Positions 37,369 to 45,959 of a stretch of DNA of 64,000 bases are shown here, in pieces; the stretch's first letter is position 1, and every line of letters starts with the position of its first letter. The DNA comes from Candidatus Woesearchaeota archaeon (GTDB lineage: Archaea; Nanobdellota; Nanobdellia; Woesearchaeales; UBA10216). The translations under genes and the position numbers were made by a program. Location: NCBI GenBank assembly GCA_016184345.1, contig JACPCV010000005.1, positions 4,634 to 68,633 on the forward strand. The letters are read 5' to 3'. The notes beneath the pieces are model-generated. The model had not been told where the DNA came from, made no database searches, and saw only the letters and a program-made list of their open reading frames with translations.

Positions 37369-37460
37369 TTCAACTACTGTTATTCCGAATTAAAGTATAT
37401 TAACCTTGCGCATTAAACTTATAAACAGCTCCCTTCTGCCGCTGCCAGTGCAGAAGCAAA

Positions 37461-38843
37461 ATGAAGCCGAAAAAAGACCTGACAACAGGCAGCATAAGGA
37501 AACACATTGTCTTTCTCGCAGCGCCCATGCTCGTTGCGATGTTCATGCACAACCTCTTCACGCTGGTTGACACTTTCTTTGTTGGCAGGTTAGGGCCTGA
37601 AGCCATAGCCGCTGTTGCAGCTTCCTTCCCTGTGTTCTTCATAATCATAGCCCTGATAACAGGCCTCGGCGTGGGAGTAAACTCATTCGTTGCGAGAAGC
37701 ATCGGAGCCAAGGACTTTGGAAAGGTGAACATAATTGCGGAGAACGGGCTGCTAATCGCGGCAGCACTTTACCTCCTGACTTTGTTGATAGGATTCTTCA
37801 CTATAAGGCCGCTGGTGGCTTTCCTTGGAGTCCAGCCTGATGTTGCAGGCTTTATGAAAGATTACATCTCCGTAATATACCTTGGCAGCGCTGCGTTCTT
37901 TTTCGGCAACATAGCAAATGCGCTGCTTCAGGGCGAGGGTGACACAAAAACGCCGATGAAAGCGCTCGTCATGGCAAACATAGCCAACATAATACTTGAC
38001 CCTGTGCTCATCTTCGGCCTTGGGCCCCTTCCTGCGCTTGGCGTCAAAGGAGCTGCGATAGCAACAATAGCATCGCAGGCGCTTGGAGCTGTTTACGTCT
38101 ACTCGCACCTCTTCAGCGGGAAAGCATTTGTCAAGCTGAGATTCAAGAAGCTGGTTTACTCAGCAGAAATCGTGAAGGGAATCCTTTCGGTCAGCCTTCC
38201 AACCACAGCATCACAGGGAGCTGTTGCAGTCGGAATGCTCCTGATAAACAAGCTGATAGCAACCTTTGGCAGCACAGCCCTTGCAGGATTTGGAGTTGCA
38301 TTCCGGATGGAGTCAATCGCCATACTCCCGGCACTGGCGATAGGGCTTGCCACCCTTTCAGTAATTGGCCAAAACATAGGTGCCAAACAATACGCGAGGG
38401 CAAGGCACGCCTCTCTGATTTCAACAGCCGCTGCCTTCGTGTTCATGGAAATCATCGGAATAATCTTCATATTTGCTTCACCGCTGCTTATTTCAGCATT
38501 CACCAACAATCCCGAGGTAATAGGCTATGGAAAGCAATACTTCACAATCGTTGCCCTAGCTTACGGCTTCATAGGGCTGAGGCTGATAGCGGCAAATTCG
38601 TTTCAGGGCCTGGGCAAGGCGGTGCCTGTCCTGCTGATAACAGCCTTCACTTTTGCGGTAATGCTGCCGCTCGCATACGCGCTCGCATTCAGCCTTTCGC
38701 TCGGAATAAAAGGCATATGGTTCGGCATACTCGCAGCAAACATCCTTGCAGGTGTAGCTGCGCTGCTCTGGTTCCAGAACACGCTGAAGCATGCTGAAAA
38801 GCTGCACTTGTCAAACGGCAATCCGGAATTAATCAAAGCTTAA
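37461..38843 (+). CDS. MATE family efflux transporter
   Basis: DLTTGSI, VDTFFVGRLG, GEGDTKTPM, NIILDP, GAAIAT. Confidence 0.95.
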   Translation: MKPKKDLTTGSIRKHIVFLAAPMLVAMFMHNLFTLVDTFFVGRLGPEAIAAVAASFPVFFIIIALITGLGVGVNSFVARSIGAKDFGKVNIIAENGLLIAAALYLLTLLIGFFTIRPLVAFLGVQPDVAGFMKDYISVIYLGSAAFFFGNIANALLQGEGDTKTPMKALVMANIANIILDPVLIFGLGPLPALGVKGAAIATIASQALGAVYVYSHLFSGKAFVKLRFKKLVYSAEIVKGILSVSLPTTASQGAVAVGMLLINKLIATFGSTALAGFGVAFRMESIAILPALAIGLATLSVIGQNIGAKQYARARHASLISTAAAFVFMEIIGIIFIFASPLLISAFTNNPEVIGYGKQYFTIVALAYGFIGLRLIAANSFQGLGKAVPVLLITAFTFAVMLPLAYALAFSLSLGIKGIWFGILAANILAGVAALLWFQNTLKHAEKLHLSNGNPELIKA

Positions 38844-38874
38844 GCCGTGACAAGCCTCAATCAAGAGGCAACTT

Positions 38875-39612
38875 TTAAGGTTTGAGAAGGAAATCCCTGT
38901 AATCCACCCTTACGGCATCAGCAGCCTCACGGAGTTGAACTGCCCTAGCATGGTTTCTAGCCTGGTCAGCTAACTTCGCACTCCTCTCACAAGCGGTTAT
39001 AAACTCCCCTGTTCTCTTGTTAAGTTCCAGAAGGTAATCTACATTTAACAAGCCAATCCGTTGAATTGGCATATTAAAAAGCTGCAAAAATCGTCTAATA
39101 ACATCCAACTGCTCACGGGCGCTTATTTCCCACCTTTCATCGTATCCGTGTTTTATATACTTACCGACCTGATCTAAACCCCCTTGTATTATGTAATTCC
39201 TGATTGTCCATACTACTGCGGGTCTAAATTTGTCAAAAGGATTAATAGGCGGGTCCATTCCCATTCCTTCAAGGTAAACATTTCGCATCGCCAAAAGAAA
39301 ATTCGTAATTCCATCTTTCTTGGCCACATGTGGCGGCATTACGAATTTGGCTGCAGCCCACGTCAAAGCCAAAATATACTTTTCCTGATTGGTTGAGCCT
39401 GTAACCTCCGCGGCAGATTCTGTTTCGTCAAGCAAATAAGATTGAGGGAAAATGCCTGATACTTTCGCTAGACTTGTGGAGGCTTTTGCGTGGGGTACCT
39501 CGTGACCAGCTATGAGAGCCACGAGCCCATTAAACTCCTTTTCCTGTGAGATTATTTCTAAGCTTACTTGCTGCGGCGGGTGTACCACCTTGAGTGCTGT
39601 CCTTGACACCAT
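38875..39612 (-). CDS. Hypothetical protein
   Basis: 245-aa ORF, AT-richer than neighbours. Confidence 0.6.
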   Translation of the reverse strand: MVSRTALKVVHPPQQVSLEIISQEKEFNGLVALIAGHEVPHAKASTSLAKVSGIFPQSYLLDETESAAEVTGSTNQEKYILALTWAAAKFVMPPHVAKKDGITNFLLAMRNVYLEGMGMDPPINPFDKFRPAVVWTIRNYIIQGGLDQVGKYIKHGYDERWEISAREQLDVIRRFLQLFNMPIQRIGLLNVDYLLELNKRTGEFITACERSAKLADQARNHARAVQLREAADAVRVDYRDFLLKP

Positions 39613-39613
39613 T

Positions 39614-40201
39614 TCACTTCCTCAACTCAATCTCGCTTATCTTCTGCCTGAGCTGCTCAATCGTCTTGGAATTGTCCTGGTGCTGCAAGGTAGAGCCGCA
39701 TTCAGGGCACTTGAAGCTGATTTCAGCTGCCTTGTCAAACTCAAGCCTCGTGCAAAGGCTCGGGCAGATGTAGAACAGCCCCTCGTTAGCCTCTTCCTTG
39801 TGAAGGCGCTCACTCAGCTGCTGGAGCTTCTGCTTCCTTGTCGCGATGGAAAGGTGGTCAAACGACTCAGGCTTAAGGGTCCAATAGCTGATGTACCAGC
39901 CCTTCTGCCTGTCCTTCTTCCTGTAATAAGTTACAAGGTTGCTGGTCTGCATGGCATAAAGCATCTTCCTGACAGAGTTGACCTCGGCCCTTATGCTTTC
40001 AGCTATCTTGAACTCAGAAATGTTCTTCTTGCCCTTAAGATACTGCACGACAGGAACAGCTTCCTCACCAATCACTTCAGCAACAGTCTGAAGGTGGCCG
40101 CTCTTCCTCACAACAGCGGCAAGCGGCTTCGCCTTCTGCATCAGGCGTTTCCCGATCTGCATTCTTTGCATTTTCAAAACCTGTTTCATATTACTCTCCA
40201 A
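39614..40201 (-). CDS. tfe: Transcription factor E alpha
   Basis: Winged helix with GWYISYW plus zinc ribbon FYICP..C..FKCPECG. Confidence 0.92.
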   Translation of the reverse strand: MESNMKQVLKMQRMQIGKRLMQKAKPLAAVVRKSGHLQTVAEVIGEEAVPVVQYLKGKKNISEFKIAESIRAEVNSVRKMLYAMQTSNLVTYYRKKDRQKGWYISYWTLKPESFDHLSIATRKQKLQQLSERLHKEEANEGLFYICPSLCTRLEFDKAAEISFKCPECGSTLQHQDNSKTIEQLRQKISEIELRK

Positions 40202-40332
40202 ACCAGCTATCCAAAAGAGGACTACAGTGGCTACTCTAAAGACGCCAGCTTATCCCCCCCAAGAAGCATTTAAGGATAAGCTAGTATAAATACTTTTCGC
40301 TTTCTTGTCATTATTTGGTAGTAAAAGAAGTT

Positions 40333-40376
40333 ATAGAGAACTTTGACAACTCTGGTAATTAGTCAAAGTTGTCTAT
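40333..40376. repeat. Inverted repeat GAGAACTTTGA/TCAAAGTTGTC (second palindrome family)
   Basis: 15-bp stem with one mismatch; same arms at 62735-62824. Confidence 0.75.
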
Positions 40377-40415
40377 ATTAAGGGCTGCCAGGCCCGTTTT
40401 TGGGCTTCTTCAGTC

Positions 40416-40646
40416 TTACCTGCCCTTCTTCGCAGGCATCTCTGCCTTGCAGTGCGGGCAGTTTGGCATGACAAACTTCAGCACACCCTTGATGATGAGC
40501 AGCACTGCTATGAATGCAAACCAGCCATTAGGCCAATCTGTCCACTTTGGCCAGACGTAAATGTTGAGCAGCACCAGCGCACCGACAACCACAATCTTCC
40601 CGGCGCGGCACCTGCCGCACATACCATCACCACATCCTCCACACAT
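40416..40646 (-). CDS. Small Cys-rich membrane protein
   Basis: CGGC/CGRC N-terminus, two TM, CPHC. Confidence 0.7.
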   Translation of the reverse strand: MCGGCGDGMCGRCRAGKIVVVGALVLLNIYVWPKWTDWPNGWFAFIAVLLIIKGVLKFVMPNCPHCKAEMPAKKGR

Positions 40647-40750
40647 ACGCAACACCTCTTGGAGCCTCCGAAGAGGCTTTTATACGCTTAAGGGCGTTTT
40701 TGCTGTTTTAAGTATAAAAAGCTTACTGATTTTGGCGACTAAAGAATAAG

Positions 40751-40873
40751 AGCCTCCGGGGGGAATTGCACCCCCGACCTGCTGCTCGTTCGGTTTTGGT
40801 TGAGCTTTTGCTCGCCCGCAGGCGAGTAAAAGGTCATACGAAGCAGCCGCAATGGCTACTATGCTACGGAGGC
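40751..40873 (-). tRNA. tRNA-Thr(CGT) with 50-nt BHB intron at 37/38 (40787-40836)
   Basis: GCCTCCG/CGGAGGC-T, TT-CGT-A, BHB TTCG/CGAA; atypical T-loop TGCAATT. Confidence 0.9.
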
Positions 40874-40904
40874 AACCCTTTTGATAAAAGGGTTGATCGA
40901 AAAA
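40874..40904 (+). repeat. Hairpin+tail element copy abutting the tRNA-Thr 5' end (antisense to the tRNA)
   Basis: AACCCTTTT-GAT-AAAAGGGTT-GATCGAAAAA. Confidence 0.8.
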
Positions 40905-41063
40905 CTACTTTATTTGCTGCAATAGTGACTGCTTGTCCCTGAACCTTGACTGGCACTCAAAGCACACTGAACGCAGCTTGCCCTTCACATCCTTAACGAA
41001 CGTGCCCTTCAGCTTCTCCAAAAACGTCTGTGCCATGGCCTTGCCGCAAATATCACACTTCAT
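40905..41063 (-). CDS. 52-aa CxxC...CxxC zinc-finger protein (not in ORF track)
   Basis: MKCDICGKAMAQTFLEKLKGTFVKDVKGKLRSVCFECQ... Confidence 0.75.
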   Translation of the reverse strand: MKCDICGKAMAQTFLEKLKGTFVKDVKGKLRSVCFECQSRFRDKQSLLQQIK

Positions 41064-41160
41064 TAGTTAAGCGGTCTCAGCTGCTTCTTATAAATCTTTT
41101 CCGTTGCAATTAAACCACGGATGCGAAAGTAATAAAAGCTGCAGAATCGGGATGAGATGC

Positions 41161-41466
41161 ATGATTAGCGTTTACATAACCTGCAAGGACATGAAGGAGG
41201 CAAAGCTGATTGCTGGGCATTTGCTTGAGAAGAAGCTCATTGCATGTGCCAATATCTTCCCGGTCACGAGCATGTTCCGCTGGAACGGCAAGGTAGTTGA
41301 CGAGCCTGAAGTTGCCATCATTTGCAAGGCGAGGAAGGAAAGCTTTGAGCGTATCAAAGAGGAAGCACGGCAGCTGCACAGCTACGAGATACCCTGCATT
41401 GTTGCACTGCCCTGGCACGGCAGCGATGAAGAGTTCAGGCAGTGGGTTGAAGACGAGACAAGATAA
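41161..41466 (+). CDS. cutA: Divalent-cation tolerance protein CutA
   Basis: LIACANI, SMFRWNG, HSYEIPCI. Confidence 0.93.
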   Translation: MISVYITCKDMKEAKLIAGHLLEKKLIACANIFPVTSMFRWNGKVVDEPEVAIICKARKESFERIKEEARQLHSYEIPCIVALPWHGSDEEFRQWVEDETR

Positions 41467-41469
41467 GAC

Positions 41470-42171
41470 TTAGCTGATTACAGTGCCCCTGAATGGCTTA
41501 TCAGTCAGGAAGCTCTCCAGGTTCTCCAAATCCTTGCCCATCACCGCAACTCTCAGCTTCATCTTCTCAGCAACCTTCGCAGCGACAGGGTCAAAAGGAG
41601 TGTTAAGGCCAGGGCTCCATTTGCTGACGCCAATGAGCTTAATGAATTCCTTCCAGCTCACGCTGTGCAGGGGCTTTGCATCCGGAAATTTGGTGGGGTC
41701 CTTGTCATAGACATGGTCTGTGTTAGTTATGTTAATGACTGTTTTTGCATTAAGGTTTTTCGCCAGCAGCACGGCAATATAGTCAGTTGACCTTCCGGGC
41801 TTCCAGCCAGCAGCAACCACAACCCTTTCAGACCCTTTAAGCTTGATTTTCTCGTTTGGGTTCTTGACAAGCTTTGCATGCGCTGCATCCCTGAAGATTG
41901 TCCTGATAAGGTGGCCGTTCAGCCGCGTTGCGTGGATGCCGAGCCAGTCAAGGTCCTCGGCAACAGCGTTGACAACCTGCCTTGCAGCATTCTGGTACTC
42001 CCTGGCAGTCTTGCCTCCCCCGCAGATTATAGCAAACCTATCACCATTATGGATGAACTTCAGAATCAGCTGCCTGAACCGCTTCAGGAAATCAACGTCA
42101 ATCTGGCTGGGGGCAAGGACAGAGCCGCCAAGCGAGATTATTATGGTTTCAAAATTTTCCGCAGCCGCCAT
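41470..42171 (-). CDS. pyrH: UMP kinase
   Basis: ISLGGS, GGGKTAREY, DWLGIHATRLN, GWKPGRSTD, PFDPVAA. Confidence 0.96.
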   Translation of the reverse strand: MAAAENFETIIISLGGSVLAPSQIDVDFLKRFRQLILKFIHNGDRFAIICGGGKTAREYQNAARQVVNAVAEDLDWLGIHATRLNGHLIRTIFRDAAHAKLVKNPNEKIKLKGSERVVVAAGWKPGRSTDYIAVLLAKNLNAKTVINITNTDHVYDKDPTKFPDAKPLHSVSWKEFIKLIGVSKWSPGLNTPFDPVAAKVAEKMKLRVAVMGKDLENLESFLTDKPFRGTVIS

Positions 42172-42263
42172 GACTATCAAAAGCACAATGCCGGGCAAGA
42201 AGGTTATAAATCTTTTGGAATGCCCCTTAACAGCAACAATCTTTTTAAACCGCCAGCAGCCAC

Positions 42264-42296
42264 TTTCTTGATTGACCTTCTTTTCTAAAGAAGGGC
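42264..42296 (-). repeat. Hairpin+tail element copy 2 nt upstream of tRNA-Gly (antisense to the tRNA)
   Basis: GCCCTTCTTT-AGA-AAAGAAGGTC-AATCAAGAAA. Confidence 0.8.
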
Positions 42297-42298
42297 AC

Positions 42299-42428
42299 GC
42301 GTCGGTGGTCTAACGGTATGACCTAAGCCTTCCACACAACCTTTTTCCCCGCTGCTGCGGGCAAAAAGCTTGACCAAAAAACGTTGTAAAGAAAGCTTAT
42401 GGTCCGGGTTCAATTCCCGGCCGGCGCA
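42299..42428 (+). tRNA. tRNA-Gly(TCC) with 59-nt intron at 37/38 (42335-42393)
   Basis: GCGTCGG/CCGGCGC-A, TAAGC-CTTCCA..A-GCTTA; mature length 71. Confidence 0.92.
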
Positions 42429-42430
42429 TT

Positions 42431-42916
42431 TTAACTCTTATAAATAATAAAAAGGAGCATAAGTGCAATTAATAAGCCAAGAGCCAAATAATTGATGGGG
42501 TTTTGCAATAACATTATTAAAATCACAATAATCGTCAGGAAGACAATAAATCTGTTCAACCTCAGTATGTTGACATTTACTTTGTCTTGCTTTTTCATGT
42601 AGGCACAAGTAACTAAAAATTGTAAATTGTGCCGGATGTTTTCTGATTTTTCCATGGCCTCTTTTAAGACATCCTTTGTGCGAATCCTTGGAAGTGTTGA
42701 TTCTAAAAGCGTTTCGTATTCTATGAATTTTCTCATTTCAGTGAAAAGTCCCGAAATTTCCCTGTCATTAGGATTTAAACCCCAAGCTATAATTCTGTCT
42801 TGAAGTTTCTTGTCAATTGAAAGTTTGGCTGCTTTTATTATCTCTTCCACTTGCCTTAATGCTTCTCTTACAGAAATAACAGTTTGAACCATTTTTAGCA
42901 AAAAAGCTATTGACAA
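42431..42916 (-). CDS. AT-rich hypothetical protein with C-terminal TM helices
   Basis: Ends 3 nt from the tRNA-Gly 3' end. Confidence 0.55.
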   Translation of the reverse strand: MSIAFLLKMVQTVISVREALRQVEEIIKAAKLSIDKKLQDRIIAWGLNPNDREISGLFTEMRKFIEYETLLESTLPRIRTKDVLKEAMEKSENIRHNLQFLVTCAYMKKQDKVNVNILRLNRFIVFLTIIVILIMLLQNPINYLALGLLIALMLLFIIYKS

Positions 42917-42973
42917 ACAATCAGATGATTATTTGCATAATGCTTAAATAATTATTGCTTTAAGAGCGCATTC

Positions 42974-43378
42974 ATGAATGATGTGGAAAGTGTCCCTTAT
43001 AGAGCGTTTGTTCCTGGTGACAAGCCAAGGCCTCTGATAGAAGTTGAGATTCAAAACGTTGGCATTATTCTCTCTGTTATTGACTCCGGAGCTGATTACA
43101 GCACGTTTCCAAAGAGAGTTGGGGAAGAAGCAGGAGTTGATTTTGGTCTTGCTAAGAAGTCAACATCTGAATGTGCGCATGGCGACACTATTGTAAGTTA
43201 CCTCGCGCCTATGAAGGTTTTCATCAGGAATGAAGAATTTAACCTTACAGTAAATTTCATTGAGAATGGCGGTGAGCCAGCCCTGCTTGGGCGCTACGAC
43301 TTCTTTGACAGGTTTGAAATAACCTTTGATGAAGCGAACCAGCAGGTGTTATTCAAAAAGAAGAGAATAAAGGCTTAG
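42974..43378 (+). CDS. Retropepsin-like aspartyl protease
   Basis: IDSGADYS and LLGRYDFF motifs. Confidence 0.85.
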   Translation: MNDVESVPYRAFVPGDKPRPLIEVEIQNVGIILSVIDSGADYSTFPKRVGEEAGVDFGLAKKSTSECAHGDTIVSYLAPMKVFIRNEEFNLTVNFIENGGEPALLGRYDFFDRFEITFDEANQQVLFKKKRIKA

Positions 43379-43590
43379 TACATTGCTATGTTGCCCTTCT
43401 GCACCCTTACATAACTTGGCTTTTTCCCTGCATGATCCTTCTTGACTTTATCAATTACGTTGCCAATGTTCTCGTTATGGGCCACTATTGTTTCATCTAT
43501 AATAGCGAGCCATTCGCCTTTAAAGTCGTTTGCGTTTGCATCGGTGAGCTTTATGACTTCATCAGGTTCTCTTCTAAACTTCAGATTCAT
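43375..43590 (-). CDS. DUF5678-like small protein
   Basis: KGEWLAIIDETIVAH motif. Confidence 0.65.
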   Translation of the reverse strand: MNLKFRREPDEVIKLTDANANDFKGEWLAIIDETIVAHNENIGNVIDKVKKDHAGKKPSYVRVQKGNIAMY

Positions 43591-43659
43591 ACCACCTCAC
43601 CTCGGGCACGCACACCTTCCTTTTAGTTGGATTTTATGGTATATAAGCTTTTGTGTTTC

Positions 43660-45882
43660 TCACACCACCGGCTGCGCAATCCCGCCTATTATGCTGGCTG
43701 CGATGATGTTGAAGAGCATCGTGATTGCGAACGCGACCAGGCCGTAGATGATTGTCCCCCTGATGAGGTTGGTGCCGAGGAGGTAGCGCTCGGCAACCTT
43801 GTCAGAGCCGTTCTCAACACCGTTGATGAGCTGCGTGAGGATTATGGTGACTTCCACTATGTACAGGCCTATGATTATCTGGAAGAAGTAAGTGGGAACG
43901 CCGTTGCCGAAGAGGTTGAGAAGCCCTGAAGGGACTGCCGCAGAAGAGGATGAGAATTCTGTTATTGCAGAAAGCTGCTCGCTCAGCCTGCTTATGATTG
44001 AAACAATCATTGAGGTTATGCCTACAACAATCCCTGCTATTGCAGGAGCCAGGACGCCCACCTGCTGCTTCATGTCGCTTATGATGTCAGACATCAGGTC
44101 CTTCAAGCGCTCATCAACCCTGTGGATGTCCTTGATGTACTGCGATACGTTAATCATTGCAGCAGAGGCAACCATCGGCCCCTTCTTCGCGCCTTCAATC
44201 AAGACTTTCATGGAGCTTTCTATCAAAGGAGAAGGGAATGACAGCAGCGCGCCCCTTTTCTGGTCAAATATTGCGCGCTCAACAGACATGCCATCCCTTA
44301 CTACCTTCTGGCTCACGAGCGCGAAGAACTCGCCTGACTTCGTGCCCGGCATTACCTCAGACACCTTGCCGATGGCGAGCTCAAGCGGCAGGCCATCGCC
44401 TATCCTGTTGCCAAGCTGGAACAGCGCGGCAGAGAACTCATCTTCCAACGCCTTTGCCTCCTCGCGCAGCTTCAAAACATTTTTTGAGCGTATGCGGTAG
44501 TACAGGCCAAGCCCAATTCCTATGCCGACTGGTATGAAAAAGCTCAGGATTGTTGCGCCTATGCCGTAAGGCCCGGCAAGCCCTGTTGGCGTCTGCTTGT
44601 ATTCGAGGAACTTGAAGCCGAGCGCCTGGTCCAAAGGAGCCTCCTGCAGCAGCGCCTCATGCGGGATAATGGCGCCAAGCATGAGAGGGACAAGCCCTGC
44701 AAACACAGAAAAAACAGTAATGCCGATTGTGAGCCACAGCGGGTTTATCTGGATAAAGCTGCTGCCAGCCCTAAGTATGATGTTCTTCAGCGGCTGAAGC
44801 TGCGGGTTTGACTCTGAGATGTCCTGCTCGCCGTAGCCTGTCGGCCTCTTTGACAGCACAAGCTTTGTCATGTAGTAAAGGACAAACGGAAGTATGATGT
44901 TGTACAGGATTGCGATGTTAAGCGCAATCGTTGTAGAGGGCGTGTCTGAGGTGAGGAAGCTCGCAGCCATTGGCAGTATTACCAGGCCAAGCACCGGAAG
45001 GACAATGCCCAGCATGTAAAGCATCGTGACAGGGCTTTTGAGGTCGTGGCTGTACCGCAGCATCTTGTCATACGTTTCCTGAAGCATGACGTCAAGGCTC
45101 TTGTCAATCATGTTCAGCCTGCGGTCTTCCGAAGGCTCGTACAGCGAGCCCTCAATCAAGTGGAACGCCTCAATGAACTCAAGGTTCCACTTCCTCCAAG
45201 TCTCAAGGTAGCTGTCAAGCGACTCCTTTATCGTGTCATACCTGCCTGTCTCAACGTCCCAAAGGATTTTCTTGAGGTCAATTGCAAGGGGAGGGGTAAG
45301 CCGGTCAGCCGAGAACCTTATCGCGAGCTCAAGGTTGGAGGTGTGCCTCATGAATGTGGCAACGTAAAATATGCACTGCACCATCTGGTTTGAAGCGGCA
45401 AGGCGGAAGTTGTTTGCAAGGAACTCAGGGGCCTTGAGAAGGGCTGCGAGGATGAACAAGCCCATCCCCACACCATAAAAAGTGGCAACCATTGACTTCA
45501 CAAGAAGGAAGCCCATGGCACCGCCAACTAATGCCACAATCAACGCAGTAATGATTGCCAGGCTTATCGCACCGCCCGGTGTTGACTCAAGGTGGCATAA
45601 GGTAATGTACTGCTGAAGCTCATCAGCTGTCTTCCTGCCAGGGCTTATTTTAAGTATTCTTTCTGCCCTGTTGCAGAGCTTCTCGTAAAGGCTCAGGCTC
45701 CTTGGGAGGTTTTCCCTCTTGAAGTCAAGGTAATTCAGCGAGCGTGTTGGCAGCGCCTGCCTTGAGATGTCCGGCTCCTTCGCAGCAGGTCTCCTCTTGC
45801 CAAGCTTGCCGCCTATTTTCTCCTCAAGAACACTTGAATATTTCCTAGCCAGAGACTCCTCTGTTGTGTCAAGGCGCTTCAT
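43660..45882 (-). CDS. Type II/IV secretion membrane platform protein (TadC/ArlJ-like)
   Basis: Two T2SSF-like halves (SNLELAI; GDGLPLELAI), many TMs, follows the ATPase gene. Confidence 0.82.
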   Translation of the reverse strand: MKRLDTTEESLARKYSSVLEEKIGGKLGKRRPAAKEPDISRQALPTRSLNYLDFKRENLPRSLSLYEKLCNRAERILKISPGRKTADELQQYITLCHLESTPGGAISLAIITALIVALVGGAMGFLLVKSMVATFYGVGMGLFILAALLKAPEFLANNFRLAASNQMVQCIFYVATFMRHTSNLELAIRFSADRLTPPLAIDLKKILWDVETGRYDTIKESLDSYLETWRKWNLEFIEAFHLIEGSLYEPSEDRRLNMIDKSLDVMLQETYDKMLRYSHDLKSPVTMLYMLGIVLPVLGLVILPMAASFLTSDTPSTTIALNIAILYNIILPFVLYYMTKLVLSKRPTGYGEQDISESNPQLQPLKNIILRAGSSFIQINPLWLTIGITVFSVFAGLVPLMLGAIIPHEALLQEAPLDQALGFKFLEYKQTPTGLAGPYGIGATILSFFIPVGIGIGLGLYYRIRSKNVLKLREEAKALEDEFSAALFQLGNRIGDGLPLELAIGKVSEVMPGTKSGEFFALVSQKVVRDGMSVERAIFDQKRGALLSFPSPLIESSMKVLIEGAKKGPMVASAAMINVSQYIKDIHRVDERLKDLMSDIISDMKQQVGVLAPAIAGIVVGITSMIVSIISRLSEQLSAITEFSSSSAAVPSGLLNLFGNGVPTYFFQIIIGLYIVEVTIILTQLINGVENGSDKVAERYLLGTNLIRGTIIYGLVAFAITMLFNIIAASIIGGIAQPVV

Positions 45883-45959
45883 TCCTAATCTTCCTCTTTT
45901 TTATGACTGCCTCTTTTAAAATAGCAATAGCCGCTGCCAAAATACAAAACGATTTACAA

